NCBI GenBank assembly: GCA_951813555.1
Contig: OX638344.1
Location: 3,657,990 to 3,721,989 of the forward strand
Length of the DNA stretch: 64,000 nucleotides
Direction of reading: 5' to 3'
Source of the DNA: an uncultured Acidimicrobiales bacterium
GTDB lineage: Bacteria > Actinomycetota > Acidimicrobiia > Acidimicrobiales > Bin134
A program made the position numbers and the translations under genes. A model generated the notes under the pieces. That model did no database searches. It was not told the DNA's origin and saw only the letters and a list, made by a program, of their open reading frames with translations. Below, in pieces: positions 9,420-19,009 of this stretch. The first letter of the stretch is position 1, and every line of letters starts with the position of its first letter.

Positions 9420-9983
9420 GTGACTGTCGCCGTGTTGATCCCGGTGAAAGCGTTCGCCGAGGCCAAGCACCGCCTGGCACCCGCACTCGGGGCCGCGGAG
9501 CGGGCCGCTCTGGCCCGCGAAATGGCCACCCACGTTGTTCAGTCGTCCGCACCGTTGTCGGTGGCGGTGGTGTGCGACGACGGCGATGTGTGGGACTGGG
9601 CCGTCTCCGTCGGCGCCGAGGTGGTATGGCGCCCCGGCACCGGGCTGAACGGCGCGGTGCGAAGCGGGGTGGATCACCTGCGAGATGCGGGATACGACCG
9701 GGTTATCGTGGCCCACGGAGATCTGCCGCTGGCCGGACCGCTCATCACGCTGGGCGACTGGCCCGGCATAACCCTGGTGCCCGACCGCCGCAACGACGGC
9801 ACCAACGTGATCGCCCTGCCCAGCGACTGCTCTTTCGAGTTCTCCTACGGGCGAGGCTCATTCGCCCGTCATCTGGCCGAAGCCCAACGTCTGGGACGCA
9901 GCCTGCGCATCGTGCGCGACCCAGGTCTTGGGCTGGATATCGATCTGCCCGCCGACCTGAACGAACTGGCAGTGAGGGCGTGA
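9420..9983 (+). CDS. cofC: 2-phospho-L-lactate/PEP guanylyltransferase (F420 biosynthesis)
   Basis: LIPVKAFAEAKHRLA, GLNGAV, HGDLP, DGTN, FSYGRGSFARH, LDIDLPADL. Confidence 0.92.
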   Translation: MTVAVLIPVKAFAEAKHRLAPALGAAERAALAREMATHVVQSSAPLSVAVVCDDGDVWDWAVSVGAEVVWRPGTGLNGAVRSGVDHLRDAGYDRVIVAHGDLPLAGPLITLGDWPGITLVPDRRNDGTNVIALPSDCSFEFSYGRGSFARHLAEAQRLGRSLRIVRDPGLGLDIDLPADLNELAVRA

Positions 9984-10708
9984 GGTCACAAGACCTGACC
10001 GTGCCTGAGCGGGCACTGGCCATCGGGGCCCATCCCGACGACATCGAGTTGAAAGCCGGAGCCACGCTGGCCAAATGGGCGACCCAGGGCTGCGAGGTGA
10101 GCCTGCTGGTGTGTACCGACGGATCCAAGGGCACGTGGGATCCGGGTGCCGACCTGGACAAGCTGGTGGTCGTGCGCCAATACGAGCAACGCGAGTCGGC
10201 CCGGCGTCTGGGCGCGGTCGGCGAGGTGGTGTTCTTGGGCTGGGTCGACGGAGAACTGGAGTCGGGCCCGGTACCCCGCCGACAGGTGGCCTCATGGATC
10301 AGGAAATTGCGCCCCGACGTGGTGCTGGGACACGACCCGTGGCGGAGGTGGCGGCTGCACCCCGATCACCGCCACGCCGGCTGGCTGACCGTCGACGGCA
10401 TCGTCGCCGCCCGCGACCCCCACTTCTTTCCTGAGCTAGATCTGGCCCCCCACCGCCCCGATGCGCTGCTGCTGTTTGAGGCCGACGAGCCCGACCACGC
10501 CGAGGACACCTCTGGATTCGCAACGGCCAAGGCAACCGCAATCGAGGCCTTCGTGAGCCAGTACGAGACCACCCTGGACCTGCCTCCCGAGCCCGACGAT
10601 GTCGATTTGGCCCGTCTCCACGCCTGGGTGGCCGACAGACTGGCCGAGTCGGGAGCAGAAGCCGGGCTGGCCTCGGCCGAGCTGTTCAAGCTCATCGACG
10701 ACCTCTGA
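9980..10708 (+). CDS. PIG-L family deacetylase
   Basis: IGAHPDDIE, TDGSKG, HPDHRHAG; GTGA overlap with cofC. Confidence 0.9.
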   Translation: MRSQDLTVPERALAIGAHPDDIELKAGATLAKWATQGCEVSLLVCTDGSKGTWDPGADLDKLVVVRQYEQRESARRLGAVGEVVFLGWVDGELESGPVPRRQVASWIRKLRPDVVLGHDPWRRWRLHPDHRHAGWLTVDGIVAARDPHFFPELDLAPHRPDALLLFEADEPDHAEDTSGFATAKATAIEAFVSQYETTLDLPPEPDDVDLARLHAWVADRLAESGAEAGLASAELFKLIDDL

Positions 10709-10727
10709 GACCTGCTAAGGAGTTCCC

Positions 10728-11699
10728 ATGCTGCATGACCAGAAGATCCTCATGACCGGCATGACCGGCCAGATCGCCTTTCCCATGGCCGCCTACCTGG
10801 CCCAGCAGAACGAGGTGTGGGGCATTGCCCGGTTCAGCGCCGAGGACAGCCGGGAGATGGTGGAGGCCGCCGGGGTCCACACCGAAGTGGTGGACGTGGC
10901 CGACGGGGACTTCTCCATGCTGCCCGAAGACTTCGACTACCTGGTGCACATGGCGGCCTTCCAGGGGCAGGGCTTGGACTACGACTGGGCCATTCAGGTG
11001 AACGCCGAAGGGACCGGACTGCTCATGGCCCACTGCCACAAGGCCAAGGCCGCGCTGATCGCCTCCACCTGCTCGGTGTACCACCCCAATCCCGACCCGT
11101 GGCACCTCTACACCGAGACCGACCGCATCGGCGACTGCAACGCGGTCCACGCCCCCACCTACTCGATGTCGAAGATCGGCGGAGAAGCCGTGGCCCGCAC
11201 CATGGCCCGCGCGCTCAACCTGCCCACCACCATCGCCCGTATCAACGCCAGTTACGGGCCCAACGGCGGGCTGCCCGTGTACCACATGGACTGGCTGATG
11301 AACGACCTGCCGATCCGGCTGCGGGCACCGGCCCCTTCGCCCTACTCCCCCATCCACCAAGACGACATGAACGCCCAGGTGGAACCGCTTCTGGCCGCCG
11401 CGTCGGTGCCGGCCACGGTGGTCAACTGGGGTGGAGACGAGCACGTCAAGGCCGAGGACTGGGTGATGCTCCTGGGCGAGCTCTCGGGAAGGATGCCCGA
11501 GATCGTCTACGACGCCTTCCCTGGCTCCCAGCCCGGCAGTGGAGCCGATCCGGCCAAGCGGATCTCTCTCACCGGCCCGTGCCAGGTGAGCTGGCGTGAA
11601 GGCTTGGCCGGGGTATACGAAGCCCGCTACCCCGGCGGCCAGCCCGCCCCCGGCATCGGCGGCGCCGAGCGCCTCACCGCGGCCTACGGCAACGACTAG
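10728..11699 (+). CDS. NAD-dependent epimerase/dehydratase
   Basis: ILMTGMTGQI, STCSVY, YSMSK. Confidence 0.88.
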   Translation: MLHDQKILMTGMTGQIAFPMAAYLAQQNEVWGIARFSAEDSREMVEAAGVHTEVVDVADGDFSMLPEDFDYLVHMAAFQGQGLDYDWAIQVNAEGTGLLMAHCHKAKAALIASTCSVYHPNPDPWHLYTETDRIGDCNAVHAPTYSMSKIGGEAVARTMARALNLPTTIARINASYGPNGGLPVYHMDWLMNDLPIRLRAPAPSPYSPIHQDDMNAQVEPLLAAASVPATVVNWGGDEHVKAEDWVMLLGELSGRMPEIVYDAFPGSQPGSGADPAKRISLTGPCQVSWREGLAGVYEARYPGGQPAPGIGGAERLTAAYGND

Positions 11700-12610
11700 C
11701 CCAGACGGGAGGCCAGAAGTCGGGCCAGCTCCAACGGCTGGTCGCCCTGGATGCTGTGGCCGGCGTCGGCCACCACCACCACCTCAGCGCCGGGCTGACG
11801 GCGCAGGAGCTCCTCAACGTCCTCGTCACCCACCACGCCTGAATCCGTCCCCCGATACAGCACCACTGGGCACACCAGCGCATCCACCGCGGACCAAAGA
11901 TCGGAGAACTCGGGGCTGCCCCCGCCCGGTTTGGCCGGATCGGCCAGCTTCCAGTCCCGCACTGGGTCCCACCGCCAGGTCCAGCTTCCATCGTCCTGTT
12001 CGAAGGCGTTGTGGATGATCCCCCGTCGCAGCGACGACTCGGTGCGGGTGGGGTTGAACTCCATGGTGCGGCCCAAGATGTCGTCGAAGCTCTCAAAGGT
12101 CTGGGGTCCGGAGATGAACTCCACGATCGGCTCGGCCTTGGCGTGGTCGGTGCCGGGAGTCACGTCCACCACCACCAGCGACGGCACCAGCTCCGGGTAG
12201 CGGGCCCCCAGGCAAATGGCAGTCAGCCCGCCCAGCGACATGCCCACCACCAGCTCGGCTTGCGGAGCCAGCTCCCGGATGGCCACCGCCACGTCATCGG
12301 CCATCGAGGGCGGCCAATAGTCGTGCTCGGGACGCCAGTCGGAATGCCCATGGCCGGGCAGATCAATGGCCACCGCAGGCTCCCCCAAGGCCAGGGCCAC
12401 CGTGTCCCACGTGTGAGCATTCTGGGCACCCCCGTGAATGAAGACGACCCGGGCCAGTGAGTCTCCCCAGACGATGGCACTCAACCCGAGCCCACTGGGC
12501 AACTCCACCCGGTGCCGCGCCACCGGCGGTGCCCCGGTCCAGTCCAGCCCCACCTCAGAGGCGTTATCGCCCAACATAGAGAACTCGTCATACCCCGTCA
12601 TCAACATCAC
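11696..12610 (-). CDS. Alpha/beta hydrolase
   Basis: HGGAQN, DLPGHGHS, GMSLGG, AGHSIQGDQP. Confidence 0.92.
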   Translation of the reverse strand: MMLMTGYDEFSMLGDNASEVGLDWTGAPPVARHRVELPSGLGLSAIVWGDSLARVVFIHGGAQNAHTWDTVALALGEPAVAIDLPGHGHSDWRPEHDYWPPSMADDVAVAIRELAPQAELVVGMSLGGLTAICLGARYPELVPSLVVVDVTPGTDHAKAEPIVEFISGPQTFESFDDILGRTMEFNPTRTESSLRRGIIHNAFEQDDGSWTWRWDPVRDWKLADPAKPGGGSPEFSDLWSAVDALVCPVVLYRGTDSGVVGDEDVEELLRRQPGAEVVVVADAGHSIQGDQPLELARLLASRLG

Positions 12611-12657
12611 CCTGCCGGTGTCAGGTTGTCGCTGCCAACTACTAGCCTGGCATCGCC

Positions 12658-13299
12658 ATGAGTGTTTCTTCTTGGGAGCCCGACCCCACCGGCCGCCACC
12701 AATACCGCTGGTGGGACGGCGAGCGATGGACCGATCAAGTAGCTGACGACGGGGTACAGGCCGTTGACCCCGTCAGTAGCACCGAAGCTGGGCTTCCCTT
12801 GGAGGCGCCCCCACCGGAATCACCGTCGCCCGGCCTGCCTCCTGAAGACTCCGATAGCGGCCTAAGCACCGATCACCCCGATCTGTCGCTAATGCTGGCC
12901 ACCAGGAGTCAGCGCCTTGGCGCCCTCTTCCTCGAACTCTTGCTCGCCATCATCACCCTACTGATCGGCTGGCTGATCTGGTCTGTGATCGTCTATGCCC
13001 GAGGCCAGTCGCCAGCCAAGCAAGTGCTGAAAATGAGGGTGATTCGGCTCGAAAGCCGTCGGGCTGCCGATTGGGGATGGATGGCCCTGCGCGACCTGGT
13101 TTTGAAGGCGGCTGCCATCTTTTTCTTGGCCGGGGTATTTCTCCTGGGAATCATCTGGGTAATCGTCAACGGCATCGTCTTGCTGAACAACGACCTCAAT
13201 CAGACGCTGTGGGACAAGATGCTCAAGACCGTCGTCATCCACGACCCAAGTGATCGGTACAAGCCCATCGCCCAGCCGCGATATCCGTCGGGCAGCTAG
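12658..13299 (+). CDS. DUF2510 + RDD family membrane protein
   Basis: WEPDPTGRHQYRWWDGERWTD; RLGA, GQSPAK, QTLWDKMLKTVV. Confidence 0.88.
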   Translation: MSVSSWEPDPTGRHQYRWWDGERWTDQVADDGVQAVDPVSSTEAGLPLEAPPPESPSPGLPPEDSDSGLSTDHPDLSLMLATRSQRLGALFLELLLAIITLLIGWLIWSVIVYARGQSPAKQVLKMRVIRLESRRAADWGWMALRDLVLKAAAIFFLAGVFLLGIIWVIVNGIVLLNNDLNQTLWDKMLKTVVIHDPSDRYKPIAQPRYPSGS

Positions 13300-13372
13300 T
13301 CCCGTTTGCCGCTCTCCCGCTGTAATCCGAGCCACCGGTTCGACAACTACTACCGGGTAGCCTGAACTCTGC

Positions 13373-14110
13373 ATGAGCAATCCCGCCTGGGAGTCGGATC
13401 CCACGACCCGCCACCAATACCGGTGGTGGGATGGCGAGAGGTGGACCGACTATGTGGCCGACGACGGGGTTCAGGCCCTCGACCCCCTCACCGGAGCAGA
13501 GAATCTGAAACCGCCGGCAAGCCGGACCGTCCCAACCACACCCGATTCAGCGAGCCAGCCTGACCAGAGCACACTGGCATCTCGCCAATCCCAGGAGGTG
13601 GCTACTCGCCTTTCCCGTTTCGGTGCCCGCTTCATCGACGGGTTGATATTCGCGGCATTCACGGTTGCCTTGCTTTTTGCCCTTCACGTCATCGATGTCA
13701 AGCCGATACCCTCTGATGAGCTGTCCGACTCAGACACTGCCGATGAGTTCTTCGAGCACTTTCAGGACTATTCCGAGAGCCTTCAGTCTGTTGGCCTGTT
13801 GCTTGCCGCCTTAGGGGCTATCTACGAGATCGCTTTCATTGCCATGAAGGGCCAAACACCGGGGAAGATGGCCACCAGAATCCGGGTTGTTCGAGCTGGC
13901 GACCTCTTCCAACCGGAATGGGGCCGACCTCCGAGTTGGGGCCGATCATTGGTTCGGTGGGGGCTGCCCTTCGTATTGGGAATTCCTGCGTTTTTCTTCC
14001 CGTTTGGGAACCTGCTGGCCCTCCTCTGCTATCTCTCCCTGACGTGGGACCGCGACCGCCAGGGGTGGCACGACAAGGTTGCGAGCACTTTCGTCGTCAA
14101 GAAGCTGTAG
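13373..14110 (+). CDS. DUF2510 + RDD family membrane protein (tandem paralogue)
   Basis: WESDPTTRHQYRWWDGERWTD; RFGARFID, GQTPGK, RQGWHDKVASTFVV. Confidence 0.88.
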   Translation: MSNPAWESDPTTRHQYRWWDGERWTDYVADDGVQALDPLTGAENLKPPASRTVPTTPDSASQPDQSTLASRQSQEVATRLSRFGARFIDGLIFAAFTVALLFALHVIDVKPIPSDELSDSDTADEFFEHFQDYSESLQSVGLLLAALGAIYEIAFIAMKGQTPGKMATRIRVVRAGDLFQPEWGRPPSWGRSLVRWGLPFVLGIPAFFFPFGNLLALLCYLSLTWDRDRQGWHDKVASTFVVKKL

Positions 14111-14129
14111 TTCCAAACAGCCAGTGCCC

Positions 14130-15101
14130 TTAGGAGAGCCGCGGCGAACCGGAGATCATACCCTTCAACGCCTTGACCAACTCGTCGTGGAAACCGAGCT
14201 GATCGCGGATGTAGTTGGGTGACAGGCCGACCACGTGAATCCGGATATTGATGGTGTCGGCACCGGTGGCAGTCATCGCAGAATGCAGTCTCTCGGCGGC
14301 CTCGGCGCCGTCGGCGGCCAGCACGGTGTTGGCCCCCTGGTCCCAACGGGCCATGGTGCCCTCGGTGGTGTAGCTCCGGTACAAGTCGAGCTGTTTGTCG
14401 ACGGCCTCTCCCGGAGGGCCGCCGATCCATACCCGGCGGATCAGGATCTTGGGTCCAGTCCCGCCGGCCTCGTCGTAGGCGTCGGACAGCGCTCGCACGT
14501 GGTCTACGGCTTGGAGGCTGTCGTAGAGGATGCCCAGACCCAAGCCAGCTGCCCGTCGGACGGCGGCGAGGGACTGGGCGGCGGCCACCATCGGCACGGG
14601 GTGGTCGGCGCAGGCGGCGATGGCCCGATCATCGGCCAGTGAGCCCTCGGCCTCGCCTCTCAGCGCGGCCACCAATTTGGGCAATGCTTCTTTGAACCGC
14701 GAACCGATTTCGTCGAACGGAACCTCGGCCAGTTCGAAGTCCACCGGCAGCGCCCCAGATGCGAACCCTGCCCCCACTCGTCCAGGGAATGCAGCGGCCA
14801 GCCAGGCCACCTCTTCTGCGATCAGGGCATAGGGCTTCATCGGCAGAAGAAGTGGACAGGGTGCAGCCCATCCCGATGGCATTGCGGCCAGCAGAAAACC
14901 GGCCATCTGCTGGGGGTTGGGAAAATACCCCGGGAAACCAGCGTGGTGTTCCGACACCATTACCCCGTCATAGCCCACCTCTACCGCCCGGCGAGCCAGT
15001 TCTCGCACCTCATTGAGTTGCTCGGCGGCTGGCCCGTTATGGGGATACAGCCGTAGCGAAACCGATCCCTTGGCCAATGGCGATGCGGTCTGTGCGGCCA
15101 C
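14130..15101 (-). CDS. LLM (luciferase-like) class oxidoreductase
   Basis: GYDGVMVSEHH, IAEEVAWL, GRVGAGF; start uncertain (GTG 15101). Confidence 0.85.
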   Translation of the reverse strand: MAAQTASPLAKGSVSLRLYPHNGPAAEQLNEVRELARRAVEVGYDGVMVSEHHAGFPGYFPNPQQMAGFLLAAMPSGWAAPCPLLLPMKPYALIAEEVAWLAAAFPGRVGAGFASGALPVDFELAEVPFDEIGSRFKEALPKLVAALRGEAEGSLADDRAIAACADHPVPMVAAAQSLAAVRRAAGLGLGILYDSLQAVDHVRALSDAYDEAGGTGPKILIRRVWIGGPPGEAVDKQLDLYRSYTTEGTMARWDQGANTVLAADGAEAAERLHSAMTATGADTINIRIHVVGLSPNYIRDQLGFHDELVKALKGMISGSPRLS

Positions 15102-15105
15102 GGGT

Positions 15106-15957
15106 TCAGCGCCGGATGAAGGTGTCGGCGAAGCGTCCGAGGGCGTCCCGCTTGGCCTCGATGGAGGCGCAGGCTGGATCGCCGGGGTACCAGGGCATGG
15201 CGATGGTGGAGGTGACCCCGTGCTCATTCATCTTGTCGTGCAGCCGGGGGGAGGGCTCGGCGTTGGGGATCACCATGGTCTCGAACGGGCCGTCTTCTTT
15301 GCCGGCCTCGGTGCGAAGCTCGCTCAGGCGGTCGAGCAGTCGGTGGATCTCCGACAGGTCGTAGTTCATGCCCAGCCAGCCATCGTTGCGGACCGCCCGG
15401 GCCAGCACGGCCTCCGACTTGCCCCCCACCCAGATCGATACCGGCCCCTCAGGCTGGGGGTACACCCCGGTGGGGTCGAAGTCGAAGAACTCGCCGTGGA
15501 ACTCGGCGGTGCCGTCTCGCCAGAAGCGGCGGCATATCTCGATCATCTCGTCGGTGCGCCGCCCTCGGCTGCGAGGGTCGGCTCCCATCAGATCGATCTC
15601 CTCCCGCAGCCAGCCCACACCCACGCCGAGGCGGAACCGGTCGTTGGAAAGCAGCGACAGAGTGGCCACCTGGCTGGCCACCGAGAACGGGTCGCGCATG
15701 GGCAGGATGTACACGTAGGTGAGCACCTCGAGGGCGCTGGTGGCGCTCAACATGGCCGACGCGGTGATCAGAGGGTCGGGGAACGGCGAGGTGTGGCTGA
15801 AGGGGTTCTCGCCCGACGGGTGCACCGAGGCAAACCCCTCGGGGACGGCCACATGGTCGGCCAAGGCCACCCCGGTGAACCCCCCGGCCTCGGCGGCCCG
15901 AGCGATGTCCAACAATTGGTCGGTCTCCTCGAACATCACTGCGGCGTAGTACTTCAC
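15106..15957 (-). CDS. LLM class F420-dependent oxidoreductase
   Basis: ALADHVAVP, FPDPL, RFRLGVGVGWLREE, RGRRTDE, IWVGGKS. Confidence 0.9.
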   Translation of the reverse strand: MKYYAAVMFEETDQLLDIARAAEAGGFTGVALADHVAVPEGFASVHPSGENPFSHTSPFPDPLITASAMLSATSALEVLTYVYILPMRDPFSVASQVATLSLLSNDRFRLGVGVGWLREEIDLMGADPRSRGRRTDEMIEICRRFWRDGTAEFHGEFFDFDPTGVYPQPEGPVSIWVGGKSEAVLARAVRNDGWLGMNYDLSEIHRLLDRLSELRTEAGKEDGPFETMVIPNAEPSPRLHDKMNEHGVTSTIAMPWYPGDPACASIEAKRDALGRFADTFIRR

Positions 15958-16045
15958 TGGCCCGTCCTCGCTCGCCCGCTTCGCTCCGTGCCAGATACCC
16001 CGTCGTCAGCGGCCATCCGACTGCTCTGCCCAGAAACCCTGCCGG

Positions 16046-16888
16046 TCATGAACCCGGCATGTCGCCCAGCATCACATCGCGGCCTAGCGCCGGCTCGATG
16101 AAGGAGCCGAAATACGGGCCCCTCCGCAGGCTGTGGCCGCCGTCAATGTTGATGCACTGGCCGGTTATCCATCGAGACTCGGGGCCGATGAGGAACCGGG
16201 CCAGATGGCCCACGTCCTCGGGACACCCCACGTCGGCCATGGGGGTGTTCTCGATGTAGCTGTCGTACACCTCGCCGTCTCGGGGGATGCCCTCCATGAT
16301 CTCGGTGGCGATGAACCCGGGGCGGATTGCATTGAACCTGATATTGGCCGCACCGTACTCGTCGGCCGCGTTGCGCATGATGGCCTCGATGCCCGCCTTG
16401 CCAGGGGTGTAGGCCCCAAAATACATGTGGGTTACGTGACCGGCGATCGACGACATGCCCACGAACGACCCGCCCCCGGCGGCCCTCATCCGGGGTACCG
16501 AATGTTTGACGGTGAGCATGGTGCCCAGCACGTTGAGGTGCAGCACCCGCAGGAACTCGTCGGTGTCCTGGAGGTGGTAGGGGCCCATTCCGCCGCCTCC
16601 GCCGGCGTTGGCCACCACCCCGTTCAGCGTCCCGGTGGGCTCGGCTGCGGCTGCGACGGCGGCGGCCACTGAGGCCTCGTCGGTCACGTCGGCCACCACG
16701 TAGGCCACGCTGCCGCCGTTGTCGGCTGCCTTCTCGACCCGCTTGGCCGAGTCGGCCAATTTCGACTCGGTGCGGCCGCAGATGGTGACCGCGGCGCCGT
16801 CGGCGGCCAACGCCGCCGCGCAGGCATGACCGATGCCGGTTCCGCCGCCGGTCACCAGCACTCCGTATCCGTTCACACCATCTGCCAT
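16046..16888 (-). CDS. SDR family oxidoreductase
   Basis: VTGGGTGIG, ANAG, YTPGK, FNAIRPG. Confidence 0.92.
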   Translation of the reverse strand: MADGVNGYGVLVTGGGTGIGHACAAALAADGAAVTICGRTESKLADSAKRVEKAADNGGSVAYVVADVTDEASVAAAVAAAAEPTGTLNGVVANAGGGGGMGPYHLQDTDEFLRVLHLNVLGTMLTVKHSVPRMRAAGGGSFVGMSSIAGHVTHMYFGAYTPGKAGIEAIMRNAADEYGAANIRFNAIRPGFIATEIMEGIPRDGEVYDSYIENTPMADVGCPEDVGHLARFLIGPESRWITGQCINIDGGHSLRRGPYFGSFIEPALGRDVMLGDMPGS

Positions 16889-16973
16889 GATTGCTCCCTG
16901 ATGAATCGCACAAGTCTGTGTGTCTTGTGCGGTTGATTGATCTCAGCAGCCGCAAAGGTAACAGGAGGATCCG

Positions 16974-17780
16974 ATGAAGGCAGACGCACTGGACGCATTC
17001 CGGCTGGACGGCAAGGTCGCGGTTATCACCGGGGCAGCCTCAGGCATCGGCGAGGCCACCGCCGAGCTGTTCGCCGCCGCCGGGGCCAAGGTGGTGTGCG
17101 GGGACTTGGACGGCGAAGGGGCAGAATCCACCGCCAAGGCCATCCGGGAGGACGGGGGCGAGGCCATCGCCCAGGCCTGCAACGTGACCTCCCGGGATGA
17201 GGTGGAAGCTCTCGTTGCCCGAGCGGTGGCCACCTACGGCGGGCTGGACATCATCGCCAACGTCGCCGGCGCCATGTTCCCCGGCCTCATCGAGGACCTG
17301 ACCGACCAGGACATCGACCGGGGCATTGACCTCAACCTCAAAGGAGTGCTCTACGGCTGCCAGGCCGCTATCAGGGCTATGAAAGACGACGGCGGCGGGG
17401 TGATCCTGAATGTGTCGTCAGGAGCCATCGACCTGGCCTACGAGGGAATCGGCGTGTACGCCTTCACCAAAGCGGCGGTGGCCATGCTGGGCCGCACCCT
17501 GGCGCTGGAGGTGGGCCGCTACGGGATCCGGGTTTGCACCTTGGCCCCCGGCAGCACGCTCACCAACTTCACCACCTGGCGCCTGCACAACGAAGACGGC
17601 ACCCTGAACCAAGAGGCCTATGACGAGTTCTTGGACTACGCCCGAGACCTGTCTCCCATCGGCGCCCTCGGCGAGGCCATCGACCAGGCCTATCTCATGC
17701 TCTACCTCGCCTCCGATGCCGGGAAATTCACCACCGGCAACGTCTTCCGCTCCAACGGCGGCCAGACAACGACCTTCTAG
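16974..17780 (+). CDS. SDR family oxidoreductase
   Basis: ITGAASGIG, NVSS, YAFTK. Confidence 0.92.
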   Translation: MKADALDAFRLDGKVAVITGAASGIGEATAELFAAAGAKVVCGDLDGEGAESTAKAIREDGGEAIAQACNVTSRDEVEALVARAVATYGGLDIIANVAGAMFPGLIEDLTDQDIDRGIDLNLKGVLYGCQAAIRAMKDDGGGVILNVSSGAIDLAYEGIGVYAFTKAAVAMLGRTLALEVGRYGIRVCTLAPGSTLTNFTTWRLHNEDGTLNQEAYDEFLDYARDLSPIGALGEAIDQAYLMLYLASDAGKFTTGNVFRSNGGQTTTF

Positions 17781-17784
17781 CGCG

Positions 17785-18957
17785 CTACCGAGGCGACCTC
17801 GGCAATCCCAAGCCAGCAGTGGCGATGATGTCCCGCTGCACCTCGTTCACTCCCCCGCCAAAGGTACCCACCGGTGCCCCTCGATACGCCCGCTCGAGTT
17901 CCCCCGCGAGCACTGCCTCCGGCGTCCCCTTCACCAAGTAAGAACGCTGTCCCAGCACCTCCATGAGGGACTGGAACGACTTCACCTTCAGCTCGGTTCC
18001 GAACACCTTCATGGCCGAGGCATCGGCCGGCTTCAACTCGGTGTCCTCTAGAGCAGCGGCCACCTTCCAGTTGTACATCTTGAGCGCCTCGTTGCGGGCG
18101 TACACCTCGGCTAAAGCCAGGCGCACCCATTCCCGGTCGATCACCCGGCGCCCGTCGTCCAGGGTGGTCTGGCGGGCCCAGTCCGCCACCCGGCGCAGCG
18201 GGCCGTCGATGTTGCCCGCCGGCGCCAGGCCCACTCGCTCGTGGTTGAGCTGGGCGGTGATGAGCTTCCACCCCCCGTTCACCTCGCCGATGCGGGCCCA
18301 GTCGGGCACCCGCATGTCGCTGTAGTAGGTGGCGTTGGTGTGGCCCCCGCCCAACAGCCAGATGGGAGTGTGGCTGAACCCGTCCAGGGTGGTGTCCACC
18401 GCGAAGATGGTGATGCCCTTGTGCTTGGGCACATCGGGATCGGTGCGGGTGGCCAGCCACACCCAGTCGGCCTCGTGGCCCCCGGTGGTCCAAATCTTCT
18501 GGCCGTTGACGATCCACTCGTCGCCGTCGCGCACCGCCCGGGTCTTGAGCGAGGCCAGGTCGGTGCCCGCGGTGGGCTCGGAGTAGCCGATGGCGAAGTG
18601 CAGCTCGCCGGCCAGGATCTTGGGCAAGAAGAACGCCTTTTGCTCCTCGGTGCCGTACACGTTCAAAGCCGGCCCCACCGTGTTGAGGGTCACGAAAGGA
18701 AGGGGCACGCCGGCCCGGTTGGACTCCTCGAAGAAGATGAGCTGCTCCAGCGGGGTGTAGCCCTGTCCGCCCCACTCCTTGGGCCAGCCCACCCCCAGCC
18801 AGCCGTCTTTGCCCATCTGACGGACGGTCTCCTTGTACACCGGCCCACCGTGTTCGCCCCCTAATGCGTCCCGCCGCTCAGGGGTCATCAGGTTCTCGAA
18901 ATAGTTCCGCAGAGTGGCCTGGAGCTCGAGCTGGCTGTCGGTGAGGGCGAGGAACAT
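17785..18957 (-). CDS. fadE29: Steroid side-chain acyl-CoA dehydrogenase, FadE29/ChsE2-like
   Basis: MFLALTDSQ, HFAIGYSEP..GTDLASL, PKHKGI, HTNATYY, LITAQLNHERVGLAPAG, TFGGGVNEVQRDII. Confidence 0.8.
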   Translation of the reverse strand: MFLALTDSQLELQATLRNYFENLMTPERRDALGGEHGGPVYKETVRQMGKDGWLGVGWPKEWGGQGYTPLEQLIFFEESNRAGVPLPFVTLNTVGPALNVYGTEEQKAFFLPKILAGELHFAIGYSEPTAGTDLASLKTRAVRDGDEWIVNGQKIWTTGGHEADWVWLATRTDPDVPKHKGITIFAVDTTLDGFSHTPIWLLGGGHTNATYYSDMRVPDWARIGEVNGGWKLITAQLNHERVGLAPAGNIDGPLRRVADWARQTTLDDGRRVIDREWVRLALAEVYARNEALKMYNWKVAAALEDTELKPADASAMKVFGTELKVKSFQSLMEVLGQRSYLVKGTPEAVLAGELERAYRGAPVGTFGGGVNEVQRDIIATAGLGLPRSPR

Positions 18958-19009
18958 CGACGCCAACCCTATTCCTGTAGAGTCCCCGAGCCTCAGCCGG
19001 GTATATCCA

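Noticed and set aside
15958-16045. CTCGCTCGCCCGCTTCGCTCC intergenic motif as a REP element
   Set aside because: Only one copy noticed and no clear palindrome.
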